A stretch of 64,000 bases of DNA from Sphyrna mokarran (lineage: Eukaryota): NCBI GenBank assembly GCA_024679065.1, contig JAGIQG010000013.1:52638001-52702000 (forward strand), read 5' to 3'. Shown one piece after another: positions 1-12,151 of the stretch. Under the pieces are notes generated by a model. That model worked only from the letters and a program-made list of their open reading frames with translations, searched no databases and was not told the origin of the DNA. The position numbers and the translations under genes were made by a program. Every line of letters begins with the position of its first letter. Position 1 is the stretch's first letter.

Positions 1-184
1 TACTATTGATATGCAAGTTCAGTATGGTCTTCACAAATGGAAGACTTATTCAACGCCAGTTGTAACAACTTGCCCAACCATTTGATCAATTCCTGTTGTG
101 CAGAATTGATCATACATAAGACAGGGTAAAGGGCTATCAGTTTTGTGTGACACAATGCTTTGCAATTAACTATTAGTCACCATT

Positions 185-350
185 AACCAATGCATTCTCC
201 ATGGAAATACTCTATAAATCATAGTCCACTTGTCAACCAAATCAGCACACTCAAACATTATGAATTAATTGATTTCCCTTGCATTGTGTTTTTGCAAAAG
301 TCCTGATGAGTGCAAGACGAAAAACTTTAAAAAACCTCTTTTTACTCTAT
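185..350 (+). mobile_element. Penelope-like element terminal (pLTR) fragment carrying a minimal hammerhead ribozyme core
   Basis: CTGATGA(303-309)-GT-GCAAG-AC-GAAA(319-322) is the hammerhead catalytic core with a 2-bp helix II. Related copies occur at 36.7-36.8 kb. The link between minimal type I hammerheads and Penelope-like elements is established knowledge. Confidence 0.65.
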
Positions 351-1259
351 CTAAAGTGCAGCACTTTAAAAATAAACCACGTATTGTGAAATATTTTGGG
401 ATATTTTGAGGATGCAATAAAGGTGTTTCATTCTTTAAGGCAGCAGAATGTAACTTATGAAAAAGTGAAAGACTGCGGGATGTATTTTTGTTTCAAGCTG
501 GGTCTCCAACACTTGCATCCTGAAGTGGAACTTTGTCAGAAAAGTGATAACACTTTCAAAGTGACGGCCAACAAGTGACTAGGGAACAAAGTTGCTAAAA
601 AGAGCAGGCAGGTTCTGGGAACTGCACTCCCAAACAACATTGAGAGAACAGCATCCTGCCAATGTACTGAACCCTCCCCCCACCAAATTCTGGAGATCGG
701 TCATGCTCCAAATGCCAAAAGCTGACAGGAAAGTTCATGTGGTCTTTTGATCATTGGCTTTATTAGGTTTTGAATTATGTTACCAAGCTACTGCCCTATT
801 TGCTTCTTTAGTCATGCCCCAGAGACAAGAAGTTGGCAGCTGACCAGCACACTAGCCCAGCCCCTTCACTTCAAACCTGCATCTGACAGGCTTCCAAAGT
901 GCAGTCCTCTAGATGGGAATTGATAATCATCTATTTTTCATGCCCAATTTCGCACTATTTATCTACTTCACTTGTATTTGAGAAGGTGTCCAATTCGAGA
1001 AACTCAAAATATTGAAATAGATTAACATTCAACACCGAGGCTACATTTCTAAAATCGGAAGTGAAATAAACCTTTCAAATAAAAAAATACACTATGGAAA
1101 CCAAATTCAATAAAAGGACCATTTTCTTTAAGTTATTTAGGATTCACCAATCAGCTCATCAAATCTATTGCCTGATTTGTATCTCAGCCATGTACCTCAG
1201 TGTAAGTTGGGCAGTTATCACCTGCACATTGCAGACCAGTGCAATATGTTATTGAATAA

Positions 1260-1426
1260 TAACAATAGAAACTGTTGGAAAAACTCAGGTGAGGTAGTAT
1301 CTGTGGAGAAAAGAAAATGAATTAATGTTTCAGGTTGGTGCTTGTTCATCAAATGATGCTAATGACTTGTTGAGTAATTTCCAGCTTTTGCTCATTTCAT
1401 TTTAGATTTCCAGTATTTTGCTTTTA
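1260..1426. mobile_element. Inverted (fold-back) Penelope-like terminal fragment, second family
   Basis: Left arm (GGAAAAACTCAG..ATCTGTGGAGA..TTAATGTTTCAGGT) is roughly complementary to the right arm (GATGCT..TGAGTAATTTCCAGC). The minus strand of 1321-1352 reads TTGATGA..TGAAACATTAAT, a decayed hammerhead-like core. Same family as 11569-11685. Confidence 0.6.
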
Positions 1427-1690
1427 TATAGTACTGTTTATTGCTGAAGCTGGTTATATTTTTGGTTTTAACCAAATTATTTTGCAAGCTGTGTATGAGC
1501 ATCAAGTATGATGAATGCCTCCTATTCAACATTTTGCCTAAGTGTGGATGATGCCTTCTGCCAACTCATCTATATCCTGCAACTGCATAATACACATTTC
1601 TGCCTTCCCAATCCACATAGCAAAAGATTTGGTGCATATAAGTCAGGAATGTCAATAACTCAATACATGGTTCTGCTGTAATTGCTTAAA

Positions 1691-1814
1691 TGCAGTAAGA
1701 AATCTCACAACACCAGGTAAAAGTACCTACCAAATAAACTTGTTGGATTTTAACCTGCTATTGTGAGATTTCTTACTATGTTTACTCCAGTCCAATGCTG
1801 ATATTTCCACATCT
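1691..1814. mobile_element. Short inverted Penelope-like fragment (third family) with 12-bp target-site duplication
   Basis: AGTAAGAAATCTCACAACACCAGGT pairs with ACCTGCTATTGTGAGATTTCTTACT. TAATTGCTTAAA flanks both sides (1679-1690 and 1815-1826). The family assignment is from recall of shark repeats. Confidence 0.65.
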
Positions 1815-2139
1815 TAATTGCTTAAAGACAGCACGTTGAAGTGGGAAAGATAAGAACTGGAAGAAATCTTGCCAAGCTGCATTTGTTCTGCTTTTGAGCA
1901 GCGAGTCCTCAAAATATAGGGAAATACGATTCAAAACGAACTAGAAGATAGAGACGTAGAATATGCTTGACCTCAACTCAAGACTGGAAGCGTGCTTTCA
2001 TTCCTTTAGTATCCATCCGAAGTCATGCACTGCAGTTGAAAGCTATATGCCACAATATTGTACTGTGGGCATATTGGAAACATTTTTCTTCCATCTGCTT
2101 CAATTGGTGTGGTATTGTTCAAGATTTTCACAGTGCATT

Positions 2140-2408
2140 AAAGTTTATTTATTTATCAATCACAAATAAAGCGTACATTAACACTGTAATGAAGTTACTG
2201 TGAAATTCCTCTAGTCACCACACTCCAGTGCTTGTTCCAGTCAATGCACCTAATCAGCACATCTTTCAGACTGTGGGAGGAAACCAGAGCACCCAAAGAA
2301 AACCCATGCAGAAATGGACAGAATGGGCAAACTCCACACAGGGCCGGGAATTGAACCCAGATCGTTGGTGTTATGAAGCAGCAGTGCTAATCACTGTGCC
2401 ACCATGCC
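2140..2408 (-). mobile_element. tRNA-derived SINE (V-domain/HE1-like body, AATAAATAAACTT-type tail)
   Basis: Minus strand shows an A-box (GGCACAGTGATTAGCAC), a B-box (GGGTTCAATTCC), the core GGTTTCCTCCCACAGTC, and a tail shared with 28031-28327. Confidence 0.85.
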
Positions 2409-3984
2409 TGTGTCAACAGCACACATACAACTATTGCAGAAGATTTAATTTGTAGGAAATTTGAGAGTAAATTAGGAAAAACACAAACCTGATATTCGGA
2501 TGCCAGCTTTGAAAAAAAAAGGATGCATTCTGGGAAAGAGAGTGTTATAAATGAGAACACCTTTTATCTTAAGGCAGCCACTAAATATTCAATAATCCAT
2601 GTGATGTATTGATACATGGGTTAGAAATTCCACAGTCCATATATGACAACTTCAGGGATATTTACAATATAACCCTCTTGCTAGTGACTATAATAAACTT
2701 GCTCTTGTAAATGATGGTTAATAAATCTGTAGATGTAGGCTACAGTATTTTATTGAAGTTTTGCTGACAGGTTCAACAGCCTGATAACCACAAGTAGTGT
2801 TATACTTGGCCTGCAGTTTGGTTGCAAGTCGTGCTGAAGAAGCATATGACACAACATAAGCATCATATCATTGGTGAGTCTCAATCGTTACATGTTTTGC
2901 TGTACCTATCAGCCTAAATAATTATGCTATAACTGACAGACATAGTAAACAAGATATTGGCAAAAATGTGCCCTCGTCCTATGAATACCATTTTTCCCGG
3001 TCAAGCATGCATATTTTTCCTCCACTTCATCCAATGGGCAACACTTTTATAATGCTGATTGTTTCCTTTGCTGCTGTGCTGCAGATCATGAGCAATGATA
3101 CAATTTTTCAGGATCTAGCTGACCTTCACAGGCACAGCAGTTTCTGGCATACAGAGTACTGTGGGCAACATCTGCATTATTCATCTCTAATTTGAAATAG
3201 CAACTATTAATTGCCATAATTATTCTCTACGGTGACTATAAAGCTAGGGATCATAGATATGATGATGAACAAAGTGAAGAATAGTTGAGGCATAGGCAGG
3301 TAACCAAGGACTGAATATATGACATCCTGATAAGTGGAGTTGGACCATTCACTTGTTCTGCCCTTTACTTTAAAATCTGGGGACAGGAGCAATCTGGTTT
3401 TTTCAGAATGCTCTGAATATTTGTCCTCAAATGACCATCACACAAACCTCGCCTTCTCTTCTGGTTCACCCCCTACTAATCAACATCCACTGGGCCACCT
3501 CACTTTACAGAATTGAAGGATACAGGTTGCAGACTGCATTTATGATTTTAAAATAGAGAACGATGCAAACTCACGTTACCCACAATGGCTTGTGTGGCTA
3601 AAACTGATCTATGGCTCCATCTGAAGAAGTTAGGCACAGACAGAAAAAATATTTCACAAGATGTCTCAGACCACCACAATTGGTCAGTGAAAAAACTATT
3701 GTTCAAAAGCAGACGACTGTAAGTCTCCTAACTGAGGGATCAAAGTGAGTGAGGGGAGTTGAATGATTTGAAGTAGTCATAGGGAAATCAGAGCATATGA
3801 TAATGCTGAAAAGAAGTATAAAATATAACTCCTTAATTTTCAGGCACGTGCATCTCTACATCTTTCGATGTGTAGCAAACATTAGAAATAGCTAAATTGG
3901 ACTTGGGAGAGGCTAGAGACTTTTGATACTTAGCAGTACTGAGACTGATTCATGAAACAATAGCTAGAGAACAACTACAGGTAG

Positions 3985-4120
3985 TTTTTTTTCTTTATGC
4001 TTTCTTGGAACGTAGATGCTACTGGTGAGTCCAAAATCTATTGTCCATCGCTAATTGTCCTTGAACTGAATAACTCCTAGGGCCATTTCTGAGAACAATT
4101 AAGAGTCAAATGTATTGTTG
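3985..4120 (-). mobile_element. 3' fragment of the SINE family seen at 59975-60300
   Basis: TTGTCCATCGCTAATTGTCCTTGA and TTAAGAGTCAA match the tail region of the 59975-60300 copy and the LINE tail at 13025. Confidence 0.55.
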
Positions 4121-4479
4121 TTTAATGTATAGAATGGGAGTGTAATCTTCTCAATTTCATGTTTCTATTTCAGGACTTTGCATAATATGCAGTCCACACC
4201 AGCCCTCCAAACCCAATATTAGTATTTTCCTTGTATCAGAAGTGAAGTTACTTTATGTAACATTATTTACTCAACATATGATCAGTCTTTCTTCTATATC
4301 TGATTGAAATATTTATTTTTTAAATTGATCTCCTTATGCATTAATCTAGATAGTCCCTAGGTAATCATCCTGGCAGTTCTCTTCTGCACGTTTGCTTGAA
4401 TCTAATATCAATCAACGTTTGAAGAAGCCAAAACAGGTTATATACCCAACTCGGATATTTCAAAGCTTTGCTTAAACAA

Positions 4480-4875
4480 GAAAGGAAGAACTTGCATATC
4501 TTTAATGTCCTCAGCTTGTTCCAAAGCATCTCACAATCAAATAATTAATTCTGAAATATAGTTACAATTATTATGTAGCTTAACATAGCACTCACTTTGC
4601 TACAAACAACAATGAGGTGTGACTAATGATCTTGACTTGAGAATGAATGGCTGGCAGAACAATGAGCAACTTACATGTTTTTCAAAAGTGTTATGGTATT
4701 TTTTACATTTTCTTGAACAAAAGACAGGCCTTTGTTTAATGTATCTCCATTAATGTAGCGCCATTCCTTCGGAACTGCTTGGGAGTTTTAGGCTAGATAA
4801 TGTGCTTAAATCCTGCTGGAGACTTCCAGTGCACAAACCTCTGATTCAGGCAGTGTTGTCACAGAGTCAAGTTGA
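4480..4875 (-). mobile_element. Degenerate Deu-domain SINE (SacSINE1/AmnSINE1-like)
   Basis: AACTTGCAT..CCAAAGCATCTCACA tail and GACAGGCCTTTGTTTAATGTATC / GGCTAGATAATGTGCTTAAATCC body resemble the DeuSINE consensus. Opposite-strand counterpart of 24835-25245. Confidence 0.6.
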
Positions 4876-5073
4876 AGTTTGTTTAGTCCAAGTATAGTGA
4901 TCTCTGCTTTATATTTTATAGCTCTAAAATTAAAACCCAAAATCTTATTTGCTTTGCATGACAAACAACATGGTTTTGATAGCTTTTATTTGAAAACGTA
5001 GCAATTAACTAATCGTCAAGCTCCCTTTTCATAATTGATATAATAGTTTCTATACACATTGTTCATCATCTTT

Positions 5074-5518
5074 GCCTTATGAATGAATTGATTAATGCTC
5101 TCATGCAGAAAATTGAGGTTAGAGAAAAGAAGGTTGAGAGGAGATTTAATAGAGGTACTTAAAATCATGCAGGTTCCAGACAAAATAGATATGGAGAAAT
5201 TGTTTCCACTTGTGAAAGGTTTGAGAACAAGAGGACACAGATCTAAATTAGTAAAAGAAGCAATAATGTGTGAGGAGAAACTTTTTGATGCAGAGAGAGG
5301 TTAGGGTTTGGAATGCAATGCCTAAATGTGTAGTGGAGGCAATTTCAATTGAAACAGTCAAAAGGGAACTAGGATCTTATTTGAAAAGGAAATATATGCA
5401 GGGTTACTGGGAGAAAGCCGGGGGGAATGGTACTAGATGATTTGCTCATTCAGAAAGCTGGTAAAGACATGAAGGGCCAAATAGCCCTCTTCTGTGTCAT
5501 AGAAATTCTTTGATTCTA
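5074..5518 (+). mobile_element. CR1 LINE 3' fragment (ORF2 C-terminus and 3' UTR)
   Basis: ORF 5095-5304 encodes LEKRRLRGDLIEVLKIM..LFPL..RTRGH, a typical CR1 ORF2 end. Ends in a GGGCCAAATAGCC..ATTCTTTGATTCTA tail. Confidence 0.9.
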
Positions 5519-7265
5519 ACAAATAAAGAAAATAATGGAACAGCAAAGTCACAAAATGGACTGTGTGGAACTCCACCTATGACTATGCCTCACTCCCATT
5601 AAAGACAATGTTCTGCTGAAATAATTGTCGTTATCCCATTTGATCTAATATTATTTAATAAAGTTGAAGTCAGGACCAAAAAGAAAATTTCAAGAAACCA
5701 GTTAAAAAATGTGGGTGTTATATATTTGACTGGTCATTTAATGTCCTTTTGTCAAGGGGAAGGCAAGAACAAAATCAGAGATATTAAGCGAACTAAGTTT
5801 TAAAGAATTGATTTTTAAAACTAAGGACCAAATTATATCTGAGCATACCTTGAGGATTTTATTCCTTCTTTGAGACAAATGAATAATGCTTTTGTCAAAC
5901 TTGATAAATTCAATCTTTTTTTGTGTTTTCATGATGATGAAGAGGACAAATGTCCAGTGTCAGAATTGGGGAATGTAATAAGTTTAAATTTATGTGGGCA
6001 TAAGAAATTTCAAGTTAATTATTATTATACAGGTCAGGTAAAACACTTTTTAATCACTTCTACAATGAGCTAAGAAAAAAGAATCAAAATGACACTTCAA
6101 ATTAATTCAAATTCAACATTTAGCATAGGTTTAATGAACAAAAATAACTAGTGCAGTAAGGTAAAATAAGATTGAGTGAGTCAGACAAACATCAATTATC
6201 CCCTACTAATGCTATCAAAGGTGACCACTCTGCTGCTGACATCTTTCAAGTTCTGATTGAGCTAGCCAAAGGTATAAGTCAGTCAGCAATGCCTGAAGTA
6301 ATTTCTTGAATAACTATATTTGTACCTAGGATACTCCCTTGCCAGAATGAACTTCCCATCATTGAACCTACCTACATATTTGTACATCTAATGAGAATCA
6401 GAGCATCAATGTTACAAGGAAATATTCTGCAAAAAAAAGTATTAGCTGAAGCTACAATTACCATTGACATACGTATCAACTATCTTGTCTGTGCTTATGA
6501 TTCATTGCTCCTTGCCAATTACAGGCAAGGCAGCAGATTTATGCAAAGACTGTAGATCAGGTGCTGGCTAAAACATTAACGCGTAGGGATAATTCTTTAT
6601 ATTCTCCCTTTGTATTCTTTCAATGCAAGTCTTTCTTTTTGAGATAATGAAAGACAATGTTTCAAAGTCATGGCACAGTTCCTCAGCACCAAATTATGCA
6701 CAAAGAGTAGATAGGATTTACGCCAGCATGAAATAGTAATTGAATATACATTGGAGATTTTAATGACGACATTTAGAATTGAACTTCATCTGGGCAAGAA
6801 TTCAATAACATAAGCAGTTTCTTCAAGATCCTAAAAATGTTACTAACTGTTTCATTTTACACAACCCAGCAGCACTTCAGGGTATTAGTGACAACGTGTT
6901 GGTGAACAACAATAACATTATTCTTTCTTGTCTTGAATCGAATGGGACAGCAACATATTAGATGATTTCTAGTCTGGCCAGCCTAAGAAGTACTTTTTAT
7001 CTATTCCCAAAGAACCACATCTGAGATCCAGATTGTCTCCAAAGAAGATTTAAACCTTTTTTCAACATCATATGATGCCACATAAAAATGAACTATTGCA
7101 TAAACCAACACATTGACTACAGCACTTTATTTCAATTTTTACTAACTTTTCCTTCAAATACATTTCATTCTAATGAAGCACAAACTCATTTCTTCCTTCC
7201 TTGAATAGGGCTATTTTACACAGATTTCAGCCATGTGATACATCATCAAACAGGAGACACATCAA

Positions 7266-8184
7266 GGGACCGATTCTCCCATCCCGATGCACACATTTTT
7301 TTGGCACATCAGATTGGGAGATGTGCAGGTCAGCCATTTTGTGGGATTCATATGTGCGTTCCTGATGCATGCGTGTCTTCCACAGCTGGAGAGCAAGTGT
7401 AGTCGAGACCATGCTGGAAACCAGCAGGAAGGTAATTGATTTAAATCTATTGTTAATCTATTTTAAATGTCATTATTGGGCCTGGAACTGAATTCTCTGA
7501 GCCTTACAGCATTTTCCACCCCAGCAGGAGTATTTTACTCCAGCAGGGTTTAGAGTAGCTCCCTATGTTCGGAGAACTAGCAAGAGACCCCGCTGGAGTG
7601 AAGGCCCACCCCCTCCCCCAGGGATTGGGCAGTGGAGGTGTGATGCCCCTGGGAAAATGCCCAGACCCTGGTGGCATCTTGGCATTGCCCACTAAACATC
7701 GGGCAGTGCCAAGACGGCAGGACCTAATGTGGCTGGGGCCTAGAGGCACTGGGGATGGGGTCCCACTGACACTCTGCAGATAAGATCAGTCAGGGCTAGA
7801 GAGAGACTAGCGTTCAGGATGGACTGCAGGAATGCGCTCTGCCAAAGGGGGCTGCCTCTGAGGGATGGAGAGGGGCGCTGGAGATTGGTCGTGAAGGGTG
7901 TTTAGGGGCAATAATGTGAGGGTCCTGGGCTGGCCAGCAACTGATCTGGCCAACAAATTGCAGTTTGACAGTTCGTGGTCACCCTGCATGCACAGCGTTC
8001 CAGAACTGTGAGTGTGAACAGGCCCCATCCCCTGAATTTTTAATGATATTCACAATTATGACTTCTGCAGTGCACAATGTGTGAGAGATTCGAGTCTGAA
8101 CTCCCACTGAAAAAGCAATCGTGAATTACACCAGTTCTTCTGCCAATTCAGCATTTAGAATTTTTTTTGGGAGAATCGGATGCC
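7266..8184. mobile_element. GC-rich non-autonomous TIR element (PIF/Harbinger-like MITE)
   Basis: Ends GGGACCGATTCTCCC / GGGAGAATCGG are inverted repeats, with a possible CAA duplication. The internal GGCATCTTGGCATTGCCCA..GGGCAGTGCCAAG is shared with 48973-49809 and 61895-62872. Confidence 0.7.
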
Positions 8185-8295
8185 AAATCTCTCACAATGG
8201 AGCGAGATGCTCCAAAATGTGGTTTTGTGATGTATTGAACCACTGCTACCTTCAATAAATCAAGCATTAACTAATTCAAAACATATAAATTTTGT

Positions 8296-8572
8296 GTGCT
8301 TCTTGGCTTTTTAGCTAAGATCAATGCAGTAGTGACATGTTGCATGTGAAGTCATTTTGTTACATATTAGCTTCATTTGAAGCAACTTTTTTAAAGTGGC
8401 ATCTTGGCCTTTTGGCTAAGATGCAAATGAGATCAAGTCTTGGAGGAGGAGCTTTGCCTACTCCAATCAGCTTGGATCATGTAGATCAAGCCCGAGGCAG
8501 GAGGTGACAGCCCTCTCAATTTGTTGAGACTGTGAATGGACTTGATTGGAATGAATTGGAATAAAAACGAAA
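8296..8572 (+). pseudogene. U2 snRNA-derived element: two tandem U2 5' fragments plus structured 3' body
   Basis: 8298-8331 GCTTCTTGGCTTTTTAGCTAAGATCAATGCAGTA and 8399-8422 GCATCTTGGCCTTTTGGCTAAGAT match the U2 5' end (GCTTCTCGGCCTTTTGGCTAAGATCAAGTGTAGTA). No Sm site or 3' half of U2 is visible. Confidence 0.8.
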
Positions 8573-8930
8573 TAACTGATTTGCAAAATGCAGCTTTCCC
8601 ACTGTCAACCAGATTCTTGAATGAAAACCACTAGAACTCAGAAAATTGAAGGCAATTCACACACAAGACATGGGCTTTGCAATGTGTTATCAGGTTAACA
8701 TGTGATAAACTGGCCCAAGACATACATCAACATACTTATTTTGTGATAGAAAACAGAAAAATTACACAAGCGCATTGCTGGACTAAGTTTCAACAACAGT
8801 TCCCTCATTTGCTCTCGTCCTGTTGTCTAAGGTCTTCCTCTATCCTCAGGGGCCAATTAATGTAATTCCACTCACTATAAAAATGCAAAACCTGATGAAT
8901 GTCACTTTTTGATACAACAACCCACTCTCT

Positions 8931-10402
8931 GGGTGGACTTTTCCATTCTGGAAACCAAGTCTAGTGGTGAGGGGAAAAGTCGGTGTCATTCCTGATGGAC
9001 GGGTGAGTGGATGAACATACTCTTTTGCTTTTCAGCTCATTAGTTTTGCATTAGTGAGAAATTCACCAAATCTAATAGAGGGCAGACAGGAGGTCACCCG
9101 CCCCACCATTACTTCATGGGATCAAATGTCTTGCTGCATATTTAAATGGCAGTCAAACATTCTAGCCAGGAGCTCTGCACTATTTCCCCAGAACCCCTGC
9201 AACCAAAGCTCATATTGGAGAAACACATGGATATGAATAACCATATCCCAAGACTTAGAAACCAACTTTTGGTCATCTCTAGATAAAGGCACCGCCGGTG
9301 ATATGTTGATGGTCGGGCCAATGCACACCTTTGCAGTGGTTCATGTTTGCCAGCCTCTTCAATGAATAGAGACCCAGCTGCTCAGGCCCTTGCTTATGTG
9401 CCTTAGCTAACTGGCAACATACCCTGCTTGTCCACTGGATGAGAACCAATACTAAAGCAAGGCTGCCTGCAGCATCAAGGTCTCACTACGTGTGAATGGA
9501 CTGCACTGATACATTAAATCTTTTATAAGTTTCTCTCCATCTCTAAGTTAGCAGGAAATGCTAAGCTCTTCATCTAGCCTCTGGTCCAGAAATGGCACTC
9601 CCATCCTTTTTAAACATTTTGGACGATTAGGAGATGGGTCTTCCTCCCATTCAAACTGAATGCATATGAAGGCATTGCTCTTTGACTAGGGTGATGAAGT
9701 CACATAGCAAAACGCCTCTTGCAGACACTTTTCCATTTGTCTTCAACAAATTTGAGAGAACTATTGCCTTGGCAGCATGGAAAGGATAATGGATCCTACC
9801 ATCAACACCATCAATCTCACTCTCAAAGCCACTACCCATCCCGGCTTCCCTGGACACTTTCCCCAACCTTTTCCTCTGACATTCCCCATGTCCCAGGGAC
9901 ACTCTTGCCATCCTGCTCCCATCAGTCTATTTCACCTTTTTATTCTTCATTTGACCCTTCCAGCCCATTTCCATGCATCAACTCCCGCATCCCCAGTTTT
10001 TGCTTGTCTCCCTTTCCAATCTTGGTCCTGTGTTAACAGTTACGTGAGGCCACCGAAGGGGGAATGCAACATCTATGGACCTCAAAGTTGTGGAACAGCT
10101 GAAATTCAGCAAGTGCACACCTCTTATATACATTCATAAAACGCCACAGGCAGGCAACTTAATTTGGAAAGCAAACTTAGTTCTGGTGAGGTGGCCATTT
10201 AATCATCATTTATGAGATGCTAACGCATGCAAAAAGGCCTTCCCAACTTTGTTTGTTGGAAACCTTAACTCACCAAAAGCTCACTCACCTTGAAAACTGG
10301 AAGAACAAAATTACCATTGTTTATCCCACTGTTGGAAAACAAATCCTTTTGCCTCCTGCCAACCATGATTCCTGCTGCTAGTGTGAGCAAAAAAATTCTC
10401 CT
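8931..10402. mobile_element. Probable decayed non-autonomous TIR element (Harbinger-like)
   Basis: GC-elevated block with imperfect inverted ends (GGGTGGACTTTTCC / AAAATTCTCCT) and TCT on both flanks. No transposase motif recognised. Confidence 0.4.
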
Positions 10403-10884
10403 TCTGTCTTCAGGATCAGTTCTTCAAGGGACTTATGCAGTGTCCAATCATGAACACAGCAGGCCATTGCACAAATAATATTTTACCACCAGGATGTCAG
10501 AGCACTCTTGAAACACAAACATGGCAGAAGCAGTAAAGTTTGTGCATCAATAGATAACTTTAATTCTTCAATTTCTATAAAATAAATCCAAATATAAGAT
10601 ATGCAGTTCCTGCCATTTATTAGCCATTTCAACACACTTGTTTGCCAAGGGCTTCCATGTCCTAACTCTAACTTTCAGCTGTATGAATGGAATACCAGAG
10701 AAGTAACAGTCCAAAAAATTCAACCAGCACTGCCACTTTATTGAGGAAATTCTGGCTCTTATGTGAACAGTCAATAAAGCAAATTAGTCACAGTTACATA
10801 CTAAACATTTATTTTTATTCAAAACTCTTGACAAGAAAAACAGTTACAAAAGACAATTATTGTACTTAGTTGAACCCGCACTCA

Positions 10885-11012
10885 GGGGCAGGTTTTACAG
10901 CCCCTGCTCATCCTGAAACCATAAAGTCCTGCCTGAGATCAATGGACCTCTTCATTATCCACCCCTCGCCCGCTCTGATTCCCGTGACAGACAGGATGTT
11001 AAAATCATGGCT
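10885..11012. mobile_element. Short MITE
   Basis: Imperfect inverted ends GGCAGGTTTTACA / TGTTAAAATCATGGC. A related fragment in reverse orientation interrupts the CR1 at ~41100-41170. Confidence 0.5.
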
Positions 11013-11032
11013 ATAGCCTCAGAATAATACAA

Positions 11033-11237
11033 TGGCCAAGATTTTGCTATAATACCAACAGCAAGGCTATGGGCACTAACCTTTCTTACAGGGCAAATCT
11101 AAGACCAACAACTGCATTTAAATGTTATATTCTGGAACTTGCTGCCAGAGATACTCTGCTCCTCCATAGAACGTAAAAATGTGCTCCTTGCTAATAGACT
11201 TGGCACCGCAATCATTGTAGAGCATAAACTTAGGCCC
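11033..11237. mobile_element. Short MITE
   Basis: Inverted ends GGCCAAGATTTTGCT / AGCATAAACTTAGGCC. Confidence 0.45.
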
Positions 11238-11568
11238 TGATACATTGAATTTCCCTGAAGAATGACTGGGAAAATTAGGGCTACTGCATTCAGAAGTTAT
11301 TAAAAAAATGTATTCAGTGACGATTTATGATTTACAACCTCTCTAGATATGAACATTTAATTTTATAACTGTGAAACCTCATTTCCTCAGAGGAAATGCT
11401 GCAAATATTTCAAAAACAAAATCATTTCACTACTTTCTCTTTTTCTCTTAATTACTAATCCTTAATCCAATTTGTATGTCCCAATATTAAAATGATAAGG
11501 AAACAACAAAATAAATCTAACTTGTTCTTGTCCTTTTATAAGGTATAGGTCATGGTTTGGAAGGGGGC

Positions 11569-11685
11569 CTGAAGAAGTCACACAGAATTGTTTCTCTCTC
11601 CATGGATACTGTGAGATTTGCTGTGTTTTTCTAGCATTTTCTGTTTTTATTTCAGACTTTCACATTCTGCAATATTTTGCTTTTA
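11569..11685 (+). mobile_element. Penelope-like terminal fragment (same family as 1260-1426)
   Basis: CTGAAGAAG followed by TGTTTCTCTCTCCATGGATACTG..CTAGCATTTTCTGTTTTTATTTCAGA..ATATTTTGCTTTT. The centre of the hammerhead is deleted. Confidence 0.6.
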
Positions 11686-11811
11686 TACTAAAATTAACTT
11701 CTATTTCCTTTTTTTTATTTCTTGGTTTACAGTCTGCATATCTCAATCAGAATACTTACGCTGGTTAAAGAGACCCACACCATTGCTTGTGCTGTGCACA
11801 GAAGGCACACT

Positions 11812-12151
11812 GGGCAGTGCAATAGTACAGTGGTTAGCACTGTTGCCCAGAGGCCTGGGTTCAGTTTCCATGTCTGGGGTGATTCTCTGTGAGGAGTTTA
11901 TACATTTTCCCCATATCCATGCAAAGATTTCCTCCAGGTGCTCTGGTTTTCTCCCACAGTCTAAAAGGTGTGCAGGTCAAGTCGATTGGCACGATCAATT
12001 CCCCTTTGGTGTCCAAAGATGTGTAGGTTAGGTGGATTTGCCATGGTGAAGGGAGAAGGGAGGGCATAGGTGGGATGCTCTTTCAGAGAGTTGGAGAAGA
12101 CTTGATGAGCCAAATGGCCTCCTTCTGCACTGTAGGGATTCTATGGTTCTA
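11812..12151 (+). mobile_element. tRNA-derived SINE (HE1-like, CR1-type tail)
   Basis: CAGTGGTTAGCAC A-box, GGGTTCAGTTTCC B-box, CTCCCACAGTC core, and tail CCAAATGGCCTCCTTCTGCACTGTAGGGATTCTATG. Confidence 0.9.

Noticed and set aside
7504-8028. GC-rich ORFs, also at 48939-49424 and 61978-62618, sharing ILALP..AVP-like peptides
   Set aside because: Stop-poor frames inside related non-coding TIR repeats. The frames are not conserved between copies.
8296-8440. Functional U2 snRNA gene
   Set aside because: Only the first ~38 nt are present and mutated; no Sm site or 3' stem-loops are visible.
9651-10139. Overlapping Pro/His/Ser-rich ORFs
   Set aside because: Low-complexity pyrimidine-rich sequence in a probable repeat, with no splice or domain support.
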